A model generated the notes under the pieces. The model saw only the letters and a program-made list of their open reading frames with translations. It was not told where the DNA came from and did not search any database. 64,000 nucleotides of DNA from Gammaproteobacteria bacterium. Its GTDB lineage: Bacteria > Pseudomonadota > Gammaproteobacteria > Poriferisulfidales > Poriferisulfidaceae. Of this stretch, positions 42,846-50,712 are shown piece by piece (positions within the stretch are counted from its first letter, which is position 1; each line of letters opens with the position of its first letter). Where the stretch lies: positions 16,802-80,801 of the forward strand of contig JAPPLD010000027.1 in assembly GCA_028819565.1 (NCBI GenBank). Direction: 5' to 3'. The translations under genes and the position numbers were made by a program.

Positions 42846-43928
42846 GACTTCGACGGCGGGAACAGCCAGACCTTGAACTACGAGGGCGACGTGACAAGCA
42901 TCAACTTCGGGATAGATTCCCGGGCGGGCGCGGACATGCTGGCTGGCTTCTCAGTGTCGCGAGCGGAAGCGGAAGTCGACTACGACGACATCAGTGGGGG
43001 CTCGGGCGAGTCCACAACCACGCTGATTAGCGTCAACCCGTACGTGGGCTGGCGGGTGGATCACTGCATCAATGTGTGGGCCACGGCCGGCTACGGCTGG
43101 GGCGATATTGAGATCAACGATACGGCGGCGGCCACGCAGGAGAGCGACCTTGAGCAACAGATGGTCGCAGCTGGCGTGAGCGGGCTGCTGGTAGACAACG
43201 ATGAAGTGATCCAAGGCGGCACGACCACGGTGCGAATCAAGGCCGAGGCCGCGTACACATGGGCCGACACCGATGGCGAGGGCGCCCTGAAGGGTCTGAC
43301 GCTGAATGCCAGCCGCTCACGGCTGCTGCTGGAAGCTGTCCACGAGCAGGCCCTTGAGTCGGGAGGCACTCTGAACTCGTCGCTGGAAGTCGGTGTGCGA
43401 CATGACGGCGGGGACGGAGAGGACGGCGAAGGCTTCGAGACTGGGGCCGGGCTGCGCTTTTCCGACCCGGCGACCGGAGTAACCTTCGAGGGCCGGGCGC
43501 GAGCCCTGCTCGGCCACAACGGCGACTACGACGAATGGGGCATCAGCGGGCTGGCGCGCATTGATCCGGGTGCGGATGGCGTCGGGCTTGCGGTCAGCAT
43601 AGAGCCCCAGTGGGGCCAGACGGCCAGCGGTGTCCAGCGAATGTGGGAGGCTGATGCCATCGGAATGACATTATCGGGCGACCGATCGCCGTTACACATG
43701 AACGCGCGGGTTGCGTATGGCATGATCGCCCTGTTGGGCGGGCGCCAAGGGGTGTTGACGCCGTACACCAACATGTCACTGTCCGGCGAAGGTTCACGAC
43801 GCCTGAGCATGGGCGGGCAGTTCAATGTCGGGACATCGGTGCAAATAAGTATGGAGATCCTGCACGACCAGCCGGCATATGGCGGCTCCGTCCATGGCAT
43901 CATGCTGCATAGCAGCTTCAACTGGTAA
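42846..43928 (+). CDS. autotransporter beta-barrel translocator domain, in frame with the upstream ORF
   Basis: Alternating amphipathic beta-strands, Gly/Asp-rich turns, and a terminal ...HSSFNW aromatic signature. No signal peptide of its own. Same frame as 41418-42845. Confidence 0.55.
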   Translation, partial: DFDGGNSQTLNYEGDVTSINFGIDSRAGADMLAGFSVSRAEAEVDYDDISGGSGESTTTLISVNPYVGWRVDHCINVWATAGYGWGDIEINDTAAATQESDLEQQMVAAGVSGLLVDNDEVIQGGTTTVRIKAEAAYTWADTDGEGALKGLTLNASRSRLLLEAVHEQALESGGTLNSSLEVGVRHDGGDGEDGEGFETGAGLRFSDPATGVTFEGRARALLGHNGDYDEWGISGLARIDPGADGVGLAVSIEPQWGQTASGVQRMWEADAIGMTLSGDRSPLHMNARVAYGMIALLGGRQGVLTPYTNMSLSGEGSRRLSMGGQFNVGTSVQISMEILHDQPAYGGSVHGIMLHSSFNW

Positions 43929-43976
43929 TCTTAGGGCGAGGACAGCCTGGGCAAGTGTCCAGACTGTTCCCTCCTG

Positions 43977-44831
43977 TCAACTGTTGCTTTTCGGCTCGGC
44001 CTCGGGTGGCCGTTTCGGCGGTGCGTCATGCTCCACGCATTCGGCCAAGTTGTACGTCAAGAAGGCGCGCCCCTTGGCCCGCGCAATCATCACGACTCCC
44101 AGATCCGCAGCCAATTCCACGCCCATCTGTGTGACGCCGGAGCGCGACAGGAGCACCGGAATTCCCATACCCGCACATTTCATGACTATCTCGGAGGTCA
44201 ATCGTCCGGTCGTGTAGAAAATCTTGTCTGTACCGTCCATGTCCTGTAACCACATGCGCCCCGCGATGGTATCCGCCGCATTGTGGCGCCCGACATCCTC
44301 CACGAACATCAAGATGTCCTCTCCCACGCACAACGCGCACCCGTGCACGGCCCCAGACTCCTTGTAGATCTGGTTGGAACTCGCAATGTTGGCCAACAGG
44401 CGGTAAATCAAGGACTGGCGGACCGTTGTCTTTGGCAGGCGCTGGTCGTAGAGCTTATCCAGCGTGCAGCTGAATACGGTCCCTTGGCCGCAGCCCGTGG
44501 TGACCGTACGCTGGGACAGCTTCTCTTCCCAGTCCGTGATGCCGCACCCCGGGCGCATATCAACCGAGACCGTCTCGCGTTCCCAATCAACCCGTACGGC
44601 CGCAATATCTTCCAGTCGTTCCACCAACCGCTGGTTGCGGAGATAGCCAAGCGCCAGTTCCTCCGGGTGCATGCCCAACGTCATCAGCGTTACTACCTCG
44701 CGTTCATCCACTTTCAGCGTCAGCGGACGCTCCCCGGCAATACGGACCGTCCGCACATCGCCATATTGGTCCCGTGCCGTGACTTCGTGCGTGGGGCTCA
44801 GGCCCTGATCGCTCAACTCCGGTTCACGCAT
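43977..44831 (-). CDS. fdhD: formate dehydrogenase accessory sulfurtransferase FdhD
   Basis: EDVGRHNA motif and conserved Cys region. Confidence 0.85.
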   Translation of the reverse strand: MREPELSDQGLSPTHEVTARDQYGDVRTVRIAGERPLTLKVDEREVVTLMTLGMHPEELALGYLRNQRLVERLEDIAAVRVDWERETVSVDMRPGCGITDWEEKLSQRTVTTGCGQGTVFSCTLDKLYDQRLPKTTVRQSLIYRLLANIASSNQIYKESGAVHGCALCVGEDILMFVEDVGRHNAADTIAGRMWLQDMDGTDKIFYTTGRLTSEIVMKCAGMGIPVLLSRSGVTQMGVELAADLGVVMIARAKGRAFLTYNLAECVEHDAPPKRPPEAEPKSNS

Positions 44832-46116
44832 TGCCGTTCCCCTGACCGTCTGGAGTCGATTCGAGGCGTGTATAGACCCGGACCGTGCGCACCGAGGTTT
44901 CATCCGTCTTGACCACCTCCACCGGATAGCGGTCAATCAGCATGCTGGTGCCCGGCGCCGGGATATCTTCCAGGTGTTCCAGGATCAAACCGTTGAGCGT
45001 TCTTGGCCCGTCCATGTGAAAGTGGCTGTTCAGGAGATCATTGAGTTCGCGGACATGAATGCCCGCGTCCACCACGACGCTGCCATCGGGCAGGGTTTCA
45101 TAGACCCCCGGGTCCAATGCTCCGGAATCCACGGTGAACGCTCCCACGATCTCTTCCAATATGTGCTCCAGGGTCACCAGGCCCTGAATGTCGCCGTACT
45201 CGTCGATCACCAGACCGACCCGGCGCCGGTGTTTCTGGAAATTGTACAACTGCCGGTTGAGATTGGTCCCCTCGGGAATGAAATACGGCTCCCGCATGGT
45301 TTCCCGGATGTGTTCCGGCAACAGGTCCTCGTTCAAGATATGCGGCAACAGTTTGCGCCAGTGCAGCATGCCGCAGACCTTGTCGAGCCCTCCCTCGTAC
45401 ACCAGCACCCGCGTGTAGGTCGGGTTTTGCAATTGATCCAACACCTCGCTCCAGTCGTCACTGAGATCGATCCCGACGATTTCATTGCGCGGCACCATCA
45501 CGTCCTCCACCGTGATCTTCTCCAGATCCAGAATACTCAGCAACATCTTTCGATGCTCCCGGGAAATCAAACTACGGGATTCCTGCACGACGCTGCGGAG
45601 TTCTTCCTGAGTCAGCGCATTGCGTGCTTCCTCCCGAGGCATTCCCAAAACCCGAAGCAGGCCGTTGGCGAACTGGTTGATCAGCCACACCAGCGGATAG
45701 GCAATTACCAGAAGCGGCCGGTACACGACGGCGGCCGGGTAGGCGACACGCTCGGCGTGTAATGCCGCTAAGGTCTTCGGTGCCACTTCCGCAAAAACCA
45801 GGATGGCCACGGTCAATAGGCCTGTGGCCACGGCCACCCCGATCTCCTGAAAGTAGATATAGCCGAGGTACGTGGCCAACTGGGTAATCAGGATGTTGAC
45901 GAGGTTGTTGCCCAGAAGGATCAACCCGATCAGTTTGTCCGGCTTGTCCAGCAGTGCCTGCGCACAACGAGCACCGTATTTGCCCTGCTCTGCCAGATGA
46001 CGGAGCCGGTAACGGTTCAGCGCCATCAGCGCGGTTTCGGAACCGGAGAAAAACGCCGACAGAAGGAAAAGCAGAACCAGCAAAGCGACTAGTTCCGGCA
46101 GTGAAAACAAGCTCAC
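44824..46116 (-). CDS. HlyC/CorC (CNNM) family transporter with DUF21, CBS pair and CorC_HlyC domains
   Basis: N-terminal 4-TM DUF21, a tandem CBS pair, and a C-terminal transporter-associated domain. Confidence 0.85.
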   Translation of the reverse strand: MSLFSLPELVALLVLLFLLSAFFSGSETALMALNRYRLRHLAEQGKYGARCAQALLDKPDKLIGLILLGNNLVNILITQLATYLGYIYFQEIGVAVATGLLTVAILVFAEVAPKTLAALHAERVAYPAAVVYRPLLVIAYPLVWLINQFANGLLRVLGMPREEARNALTQEELRSVVQESRSLISREHRKMLLSILDLEKITVEDVMVPRNEIVGIDLSDDWSEVLDQLQNPTYTRVLVYEGGLDKVCGMLHWRKLLPHILNEDLLPEHIRETMREPYFIPEGTNLNRQLYNFQKHRRRVGLVIDEYGDIQGLVTLEHILEEIVGAFTVDSGALDPGVYETLPDGSVVVDAGIHVRELNDLLNSHFHMDGPRTLNGLILEHLEDIPAPGTSMLIDRYPVEVVKTDETSVRTVRVYTRLESTPDGQGNGNA

Positions 46117-46241
46117 GATACTTTTCCTCTCAAAGTCGGGACAGCCTCACGAAAAGACCAGCATGCCCCATGCCTATAATTGAATGTTCGGGCACGGGCT
46201 TTAGAGACTGCACGAAGACGATTTTTTTCTCACGAGACGCC

Positions 46242-46736
46242 ATGAACCGGAAAACCCAAGCCAAGGCCCCTGATCCCACCATCGCCCGGAACCGTCGGGC
46301 CCGACACGATTACGCCATCGAGGAAACCTTCGAAGCTGGACTCGCCCTGACCGGCTGGGAAGTCAAGAGCCTGCGCGAGGGGCGCGTCCAAATCAACGAA
46401 GGTTACATCTCCATTCGCAAGGGAGAAGGCTGGCTCCTGGGCAGCCACATCAACCCCCTGCCCAACGTCTCTCATCTGCCGACCGACCCGGCCCGGCCAA
46501 GAAAACTGCTTTTGCACGAAAAAGAAATTGCTCATCTTCAGGGTGCTGTAGACCGACGGGGCTACACCCTGATTCCCCTGTCACTGTATTGGAAACAGGG
46601 TCGGGCAAAACTGCAATTGGCGCTGGCGCGCGGCAAGCACAAGCACGACCGGCGACAAACCGTGAAGACTCGCGACTGGGAGCGCGACCGCGAACGCCTG
46701 CTGCGCCGGTCCGCCCGGCAAGGCGGGAAACCCTGA
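46242..46736 (+). CDS. smpB: SsrA-binding protein SmpB
   Basis: IARNRRARHDYAIEETFEAGLALTGWEVKSLR canonical SmpB. Confidence 0.95.
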   Translation: MNRKTQAKAPDPTIARNRRARHDYAIEETFEAGLALTGWEVKSLREGRVQINEGYISIRKGEGWLLGSHINPLPNVSHLPTDPARPRKLLLHEKEIAHLQGAVDRRGYTLIPLSLYWKQGRAKLQLALARGKHKHDRRQTVKTRDWERDRERLLRRSARQGGKP

Positions 46737-46785
46737 AGAGCCGGGAATCGACGCCGGCGGAGGTTTCCCGTCCGGTTTCAGCGGA

Positions 46786-47046
46786 TTATTGATTGGAACA
46801 GGAATACGGAGTCACGCTCACGTCGACCTTGCCCACAACAGCTTGATAACACTCCGTATAGCTGTTGTAGTGGCCCGCGACATGTGCTTCCTCGCCGACC
46901 CCGACGACCGCCACCCAAGGCCCTTCCGATGCGGATTCTGCCGCCGTTTCGGACACCGCAGGCGCTTCCTCGCCACCTGTCTGATACAGCCAGTAGAAGA
47001 AGACCACCACGGCCGCGATGATGATTCCGGTAATCAGTTTGTCCAC
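46786..47046 (-). CDS. small membrane protein, hypothetical
   Basis: N-terminal TM helix MDKLITGIIIAAVVVFFYWLY and an acidic tail. Confidence 0.3.
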   Translation of the reverse strand: MDKLITGIIIAAVVVFFYWLYQTGGEEAPAVSETAAESASEGPWVAVVGVGEEAHVAGHYNSYTECYQAVVGKVDVSVTPYSCSNQ

Positions 47047-47224
47047 AAAAACATCCTCCAGTTTGGATTAATCGCCCCCGTGAACGGATTCCGCCCAGAG
47101 GCCTTGTTGTTTGCGCCTAGATTAGCAGATTTGGGTTGCCGGTGCCAACTCCCGAGGTTGCCCAAACGCTTGATGTCCGATGCCCTCCCCCGGAAAGAAA
47201 TCAGGCAGAATCGAGCTTTATCTC

Positions 47225-47944
47225 TTACCCGTCTTCCTTCGAAAGGCGATCCAATTCCTGCCAGACGCAAGCCCGACCTTCCTCGGATTCGGCCTGGATA
47301 ACGCCAAGAAATTCCTCGTGCGAACGCCGTTCCTCCAGACCGGCCCGCAGGACAGGGATGGGGGCTTTTTCGACGTTGGTACGGCGGCGACGGGTCTGGA
47401 CTTCCAGCGAAAGCCCCATCTGCCCTCCTGTCATTCTCAGATAGACATGAGCCAGCAACTGGGCATCCAGGAGAGCCCCGTGCCATTCCCTCTGCCTGCG
47501 ATCAACCTGGTAGAAGTCGCACAACTGGTCCAGGCTGCTGCCCCCCGACGATTTTTCCCGCGCCAACATCAGGGTGTCCGTGACTTTCAGGCAGCAATCC
47601 TCGAATTTGTCGGCACGCCCCGCCAGTTCCAGTTCATGGTTGAGAAACCCCAAGTCGAATCCGGCATTGTGAATCAGGACTTCCGCGTCCTTCACGAACT
47701 CCAGTACCTCGTCGAGGATCTCCGGAAATTTGGGCTTGCCCACCAGTTGTTCGGCAGTGATTCCATGCACCCGTTGCGCGCCTTCTTCGATTTCACAGTC
47801 CGGGTTGACATAAGACTGGTACTGCCGCCCGGTCAGATCCCGGTCTATGATCTCCACGCAGCCAATCTCTATGATCCGGTTGCCCACCGTCAGGCCCGTG
47901 GTTTCCAGATCAAGCGCAACCTGGCGAGAAACCGAGTCGCTCAT
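47225..47944 (-). CDS. dnaQ: DNA polymerase III subunit epsilon (3'-5' exonuclease)
   Basis: Exo I LDLETTGL, Exo II, Exo III HGALLDAQL motifs. Confidence 0.9.
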   Translation of the reverse strand: MSDSVSRQVALDLETTGLTVGNRIIEIGCVEIIDRDLTGRQYQSYVNPDCEIEEGAQRVHGITAEQLVGKPKFPEILDEVLEFVKDAEVLIHNAGFDLGFLNHELELAGRADKFEDCCLKVTDTLMLAREKSSGGSSLDQLCDFYQVDRRQREWHGALLDAQLLAHVYLRMTGGQMGLSLEVQTRRRRTNVEKAPIPVLRAGLEERRSHEEFLGVIQAESEEGRACVWQELDRLSKEDG

Positions 47945-48381
47945 GATCCCGACATCCGCGCAATCGCTTCATTCGCCAGGGCATCGGCACGTTCATTCCC
48001 TTCCACGCCGCTGTGGCCCCGAACCCAGCGCCAATGCACCCGGTGGGTTTCGACCAGCGCATCCAATTGCTGCCAGAGGTCCTGGTTCTTGACCGGTTTG
48101 CCAGCGGAAGTCTTCCAACCTTTGCGTTTCCAGTCGGCCAGCCACGATTGCATGCCGTTTTTCAGGTAAGTGGAATCGGTTACGAGTTCGACTTCACAGG
48201 GTTCTTTCAGGCTGTCCAAGGCCTCGATCGCCGCCTGAAGTTCCATCCGGTTGTTGGTGGTCTGCTCTTGCGCTCCCAGCAGTTCGCGCGTGTGTCCGCG
48301 CGACTCCAGTACGACCCCCCAGCCACCTGGACCCGGGTTCCCATGACAAGCCCCATCGGTGTAGGCTCGAACCTGTTTCAC
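47941..48381 (-). CDS. rnhA: ribonuclease HI
   Basis: YTDGACHGNPGPGGWGVVL and DSTYL motifs. GTG start with GAGG RBS. Divergent/overlapping arrangement with dnaQ. Confidence 0.9.
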   Translation of the reverse strand: MKQVRAYTDGACHGNPGPGGWGVVLESRGHTRELLGAQEQTTNNRMELQAAIEALDSLKEPCEVELVTDSTYLKNGMQSWLADWKRKGWKTSAGKPVKNQDLWQQLDALVETHRVHWRWVRGHSGVEGNERADALANEAIARMSGS

Positions 48382-49121
48382 GGATTTATTCCTCTGGAAG
48401 TCGGTTCCACCCCGGCAAGCCTTTCGGAGATGAGAACCGGCGAACGGTACCAGCGTTCGCGTGCCGGAGTGACCGGAACGCGCAACTTGCGTGCCAGCAC
48501 GCAGTATACGCCACCCAGATGATCCAGCCGCCAGCGAGCCTGGACCTCCAGGCCGCTGGTGCGCTGTTGTAGAAATCGGCTTTGGATCGGAGGCCGAAAT
48601 GCCGCGTAACGGCAGTCCTGGATTTCGAAATTCAACACCGAGAGCCAATCCCGGACCCTCCGGAAGCCATAGAAATGCCTATCCCACGGAAAGCGCCCGA
48701 CCGCGAGCAATCGGTATAGTCCGTACCAGCTCCACGGATTGAATCCGACCAGCAGCAGGTGTCCGTTCCCAACCAATACCCGATCCGCTTCACGTAAAAC
48801 TCCATGTGGCTGATCGCTCAACTCCAAGGGATGGGTCAAAGCAAGAAGGTCTAGGCAGTTCGACGCCAACGGCAGTGCATCCGGACGACCGCGGATCTGG
48901 CTTTGGCCGGCTCCAGGATGCATGAAGAACCGATGATCGAAACTGCCTCGTGCCGCTGAGACTTCGTTGAACAGGACGTCCGGCCCGCAGTACAACGCAT
49001 GTTGCCCGGAAAGGTTCTCCTGAAGATGGGCCAGATGTTCATGGATAAGAGCCAAGGACTCCTGTCCGGCCCGGCTTGCATACCAGTGCCCCAACTGCTC
49101 GTAAAGAGTGGCGATGCCCAT
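48378..49121 (-). CDS. class I SAM-dependent methyltransferase (YafS-like)
   Basis: Rossmann-like MTase region. Conserved position adjacent to rnhA as in enterobacterial yafS. Start uncertain. Confidence 0.55.
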   Translation of the reverse strand: MGIATLYEQLGHWYASRAGQESLALIHEHLAHLQENLSGQHALYCGPDVLFNEVSAARGSFDHRFFMHPGAGQSQIRGRPDALPLASNCLDLLALTHPLELSDQPHGVLREADRVLVGNGHLLLVGFNPWSWYGLYRLLAVGRFPWDRHFYGFRRVRDWLSVLNFEIQDCRYAAFRPPIQSRFLQQRTSGLEVQARWRLDHLGGVYCVLARKLRVPVTPARERWYRSPVLISERLAGVEPTSRGINP

Positions 49122-49134
49122 AGGGAAATTACAC

Positions 49135-49740
49135 TCAGGGAGACAGGCGGTCCTGTCGCCAGCCTCCTTCGGTTGTCCGCTGATAGCGGATGCGATCATG
49201 CATCCGCCCGGAGGCGTTCTGCCAGAATTCGATCCGCTCCGGCGTTAACACGTAGCCGCCCCAAAACTCAGGTCGCGGGATCTCCCGACCCTCAAACCGC
49301 TTCTCGATTTCCCGATATTGGTCTTCCAACTGGTGGTGGTCCGCCACTTCCTCGCTCTGCCTGGAGGCATACGCCCCGATTTGGCTATCACGGGGACGGG
49401 TTCGGAAATAGGCATCGCTAATCTCCGCATCCAGGCGGCGAACCGTGCCCTCCACTCGAACCTGCCGCCCAGGAGGCTCCCACCAGAAAGTCAGCGCAGC
49501 ATCCGGATGACTCTCCAGTTCCCGGGCCTTGGCGCTGTGGTAGTTGGTGTAGAACACGAAGCCTTCGGCCTCCAGCCCTTTGAACAACACCATCCGTGCC
49601 CGGGGCCGGCCTTCGGCATCGACCGTCGCCAGATTCACCGCATTCGGCAGCACCAAGCCCCCCTGCTCCGCTTCCGCGAGCCAACGGGCAAATAGTTCAA
49701 ACGGGTCTGTTCCGGCGGAAGCGCGGGTCAGCCTGTCCAT
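49135..49740 (-). CDS. pdxH: pyridoxamine 5'-phosphate oxidase
   Basis: FYTNYHSAKA, RPRDSQIGAYASRQS, and C-terminal ...FWQ...RLSP signatures. Confidence 0.9.
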   Translation of the reverse strand: MDRLTRASAGTDPFELFARWLAEAEQGGLVLPNAVNLATVDAEGRPRARMVLFKGLEAEGFVFYTNYHSAKARELESHPDAALTFWWEPPGRQVRVEGTVRRLDAEISDAYFRTRPRDSQIGAYASRQSEEVADHHQLEDQYREIEKRFEGREIPRPEFWGGYVLTPERIEFWQNASGRMHDRIRYQRTTEGGWRQDRLSP

Positions 49741-49801
49741 TTAGAGTGTTGTCCTCCGTATCAGTTATATTATTAAACACACCTAACCACACCCTTATCC
49801 G

Positions 49802-50026
49802 ATGAGCGAAGAAACCCTAGTCAGACCGGCCGATGAAGAAGGCTACATCATCGCTTGGAGAGCCAAGTATCAATTCGAGACCGGGCAACTGGACGGCGAA
49901 ATGACCTATGGCGAGGCGACCCAGAAGTGCGCCGAACTGTGCGCTAAGGAACCCGAGAAAACCTTCTGGCCACAACGGGTCACAAGTGCCGAAGCCTCCT
50001 ACGGAAAATTCCACAAAGCGCACTGA
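49802..50026 (+). CDS. small hypothetical protein (74 aa)
   Basis: ORF only, no recognisable motif. Overlaps the proposed thpR 5' region if thpR starts upstream. Confidence 0.2.
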   Translation: MSEETLVRPADEEGYIIAWRAKYQFETGQLDGEMTYGEATQKCAELCAKEPEKTFWPQRVTSAEASYGKFHKAH

Positions 50027-50033
50027 TCCCAGC

Positions 50034-50573
50034 TTGCCGGACTCGCCGCAGCGACTGTTTTTTGCATTGCTGCCCGATGGGGCCGTGCGTAAACGGTTGC
50101 ATCAACTGCAGAAAGATCTGGAAAAGGCAGGCGGGCGCCCCGTGCCCGAGGAAAACCTGCATCTGACCCTGTTGTTCCTAGGCAATGTCGAAGCTGACAA
50201 GGTGGATGCCGTTCGCGACATCGCCGCGGGCATCGAAGGGAAACGATTTGACCTAGTGCTCGATACCCTCGGGGGATTCCGGCAGAACAATGCCCGTATC
50301 CTGTGGGTCGGCCCTTCCGAATCGCCCCCAGCACTCGGGGCCTTGCATCAATCGCTGCGTCGGCAGGTCAGGAAAATCGGCCTGCGCGTCGGAAAGGGGG
50401 TCTACCGCCCGCACGTGACCCTGGTTCGCAAGGCCGACCTGCGGAAAAAGTCACCGGAAGATCTGGAACCAGACATCCAGTGGACGGCGCACCGCCTCGC
50501 TTTGATTGCGTCGGAACTGCTACCTTCCGGTTCCTGCTATAAAACTCTCTTAGAGAAAAAACTTTCTGAATAA
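50034..50573 (+). CDS. thpR: RNA 2',3'-cyclic phosphodiesterase ThpR/LigT (2H phosphoesterase)
   Basis: Two H-x-T-x motifs (HLTLLFLG, HVTLVRK). Proposed TTG start; no in-frame ATG near the domain start. Confidence 0.65.
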   Translation: MPDSPQRLFFALLPDGAVRKRLHQLQKDLEKAGGRPVPEENLHLTLLFLGNVEADKVDAVRDIAAGIEGKRFDLVLDTLGGFRQNNARILWVGPSESPPALGALHQSLRRQVRKIGLRVGKGVYRPHVTLVRKADLRKKSPEDLEPDIQWTAHRLALIASELLPSGSCYKTLLEKKLSE

Positions 50574-50598
50574 ATTGAATTAGATCAGATTACTCTGA

Positions 50599-50632
50599 AG
50601 TCGGTGATTCTGTCTGGCCACATCAGACCGAC
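50599..50632. terminator. bidirectional hairpin between convergent thpR and the TonB-dependent receptor gene
   Basis: GTCGGT...ACCGAC with an inner GTCTG/CAGAC stem. Confidence 0.3.
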
Positions 50633-50712
50633 ACTAAAATTTGCCTTTGGCATGGAAGCCTCCTCCGGAGACTTCCAACTGGAATTACTTGCATGCGAAC
50701 CCGAGATTGCCC

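Noticed and set aside
47047-47224. Possible tRNA downstream of dnaQ (as aspV in E. coli) or tmRNA near smpB
   Set aside because: No cloverleaf-compatible sequence with a T-arm GTTCGAATC-like motif was found by eye in 47047-47224 or 46737-46785.
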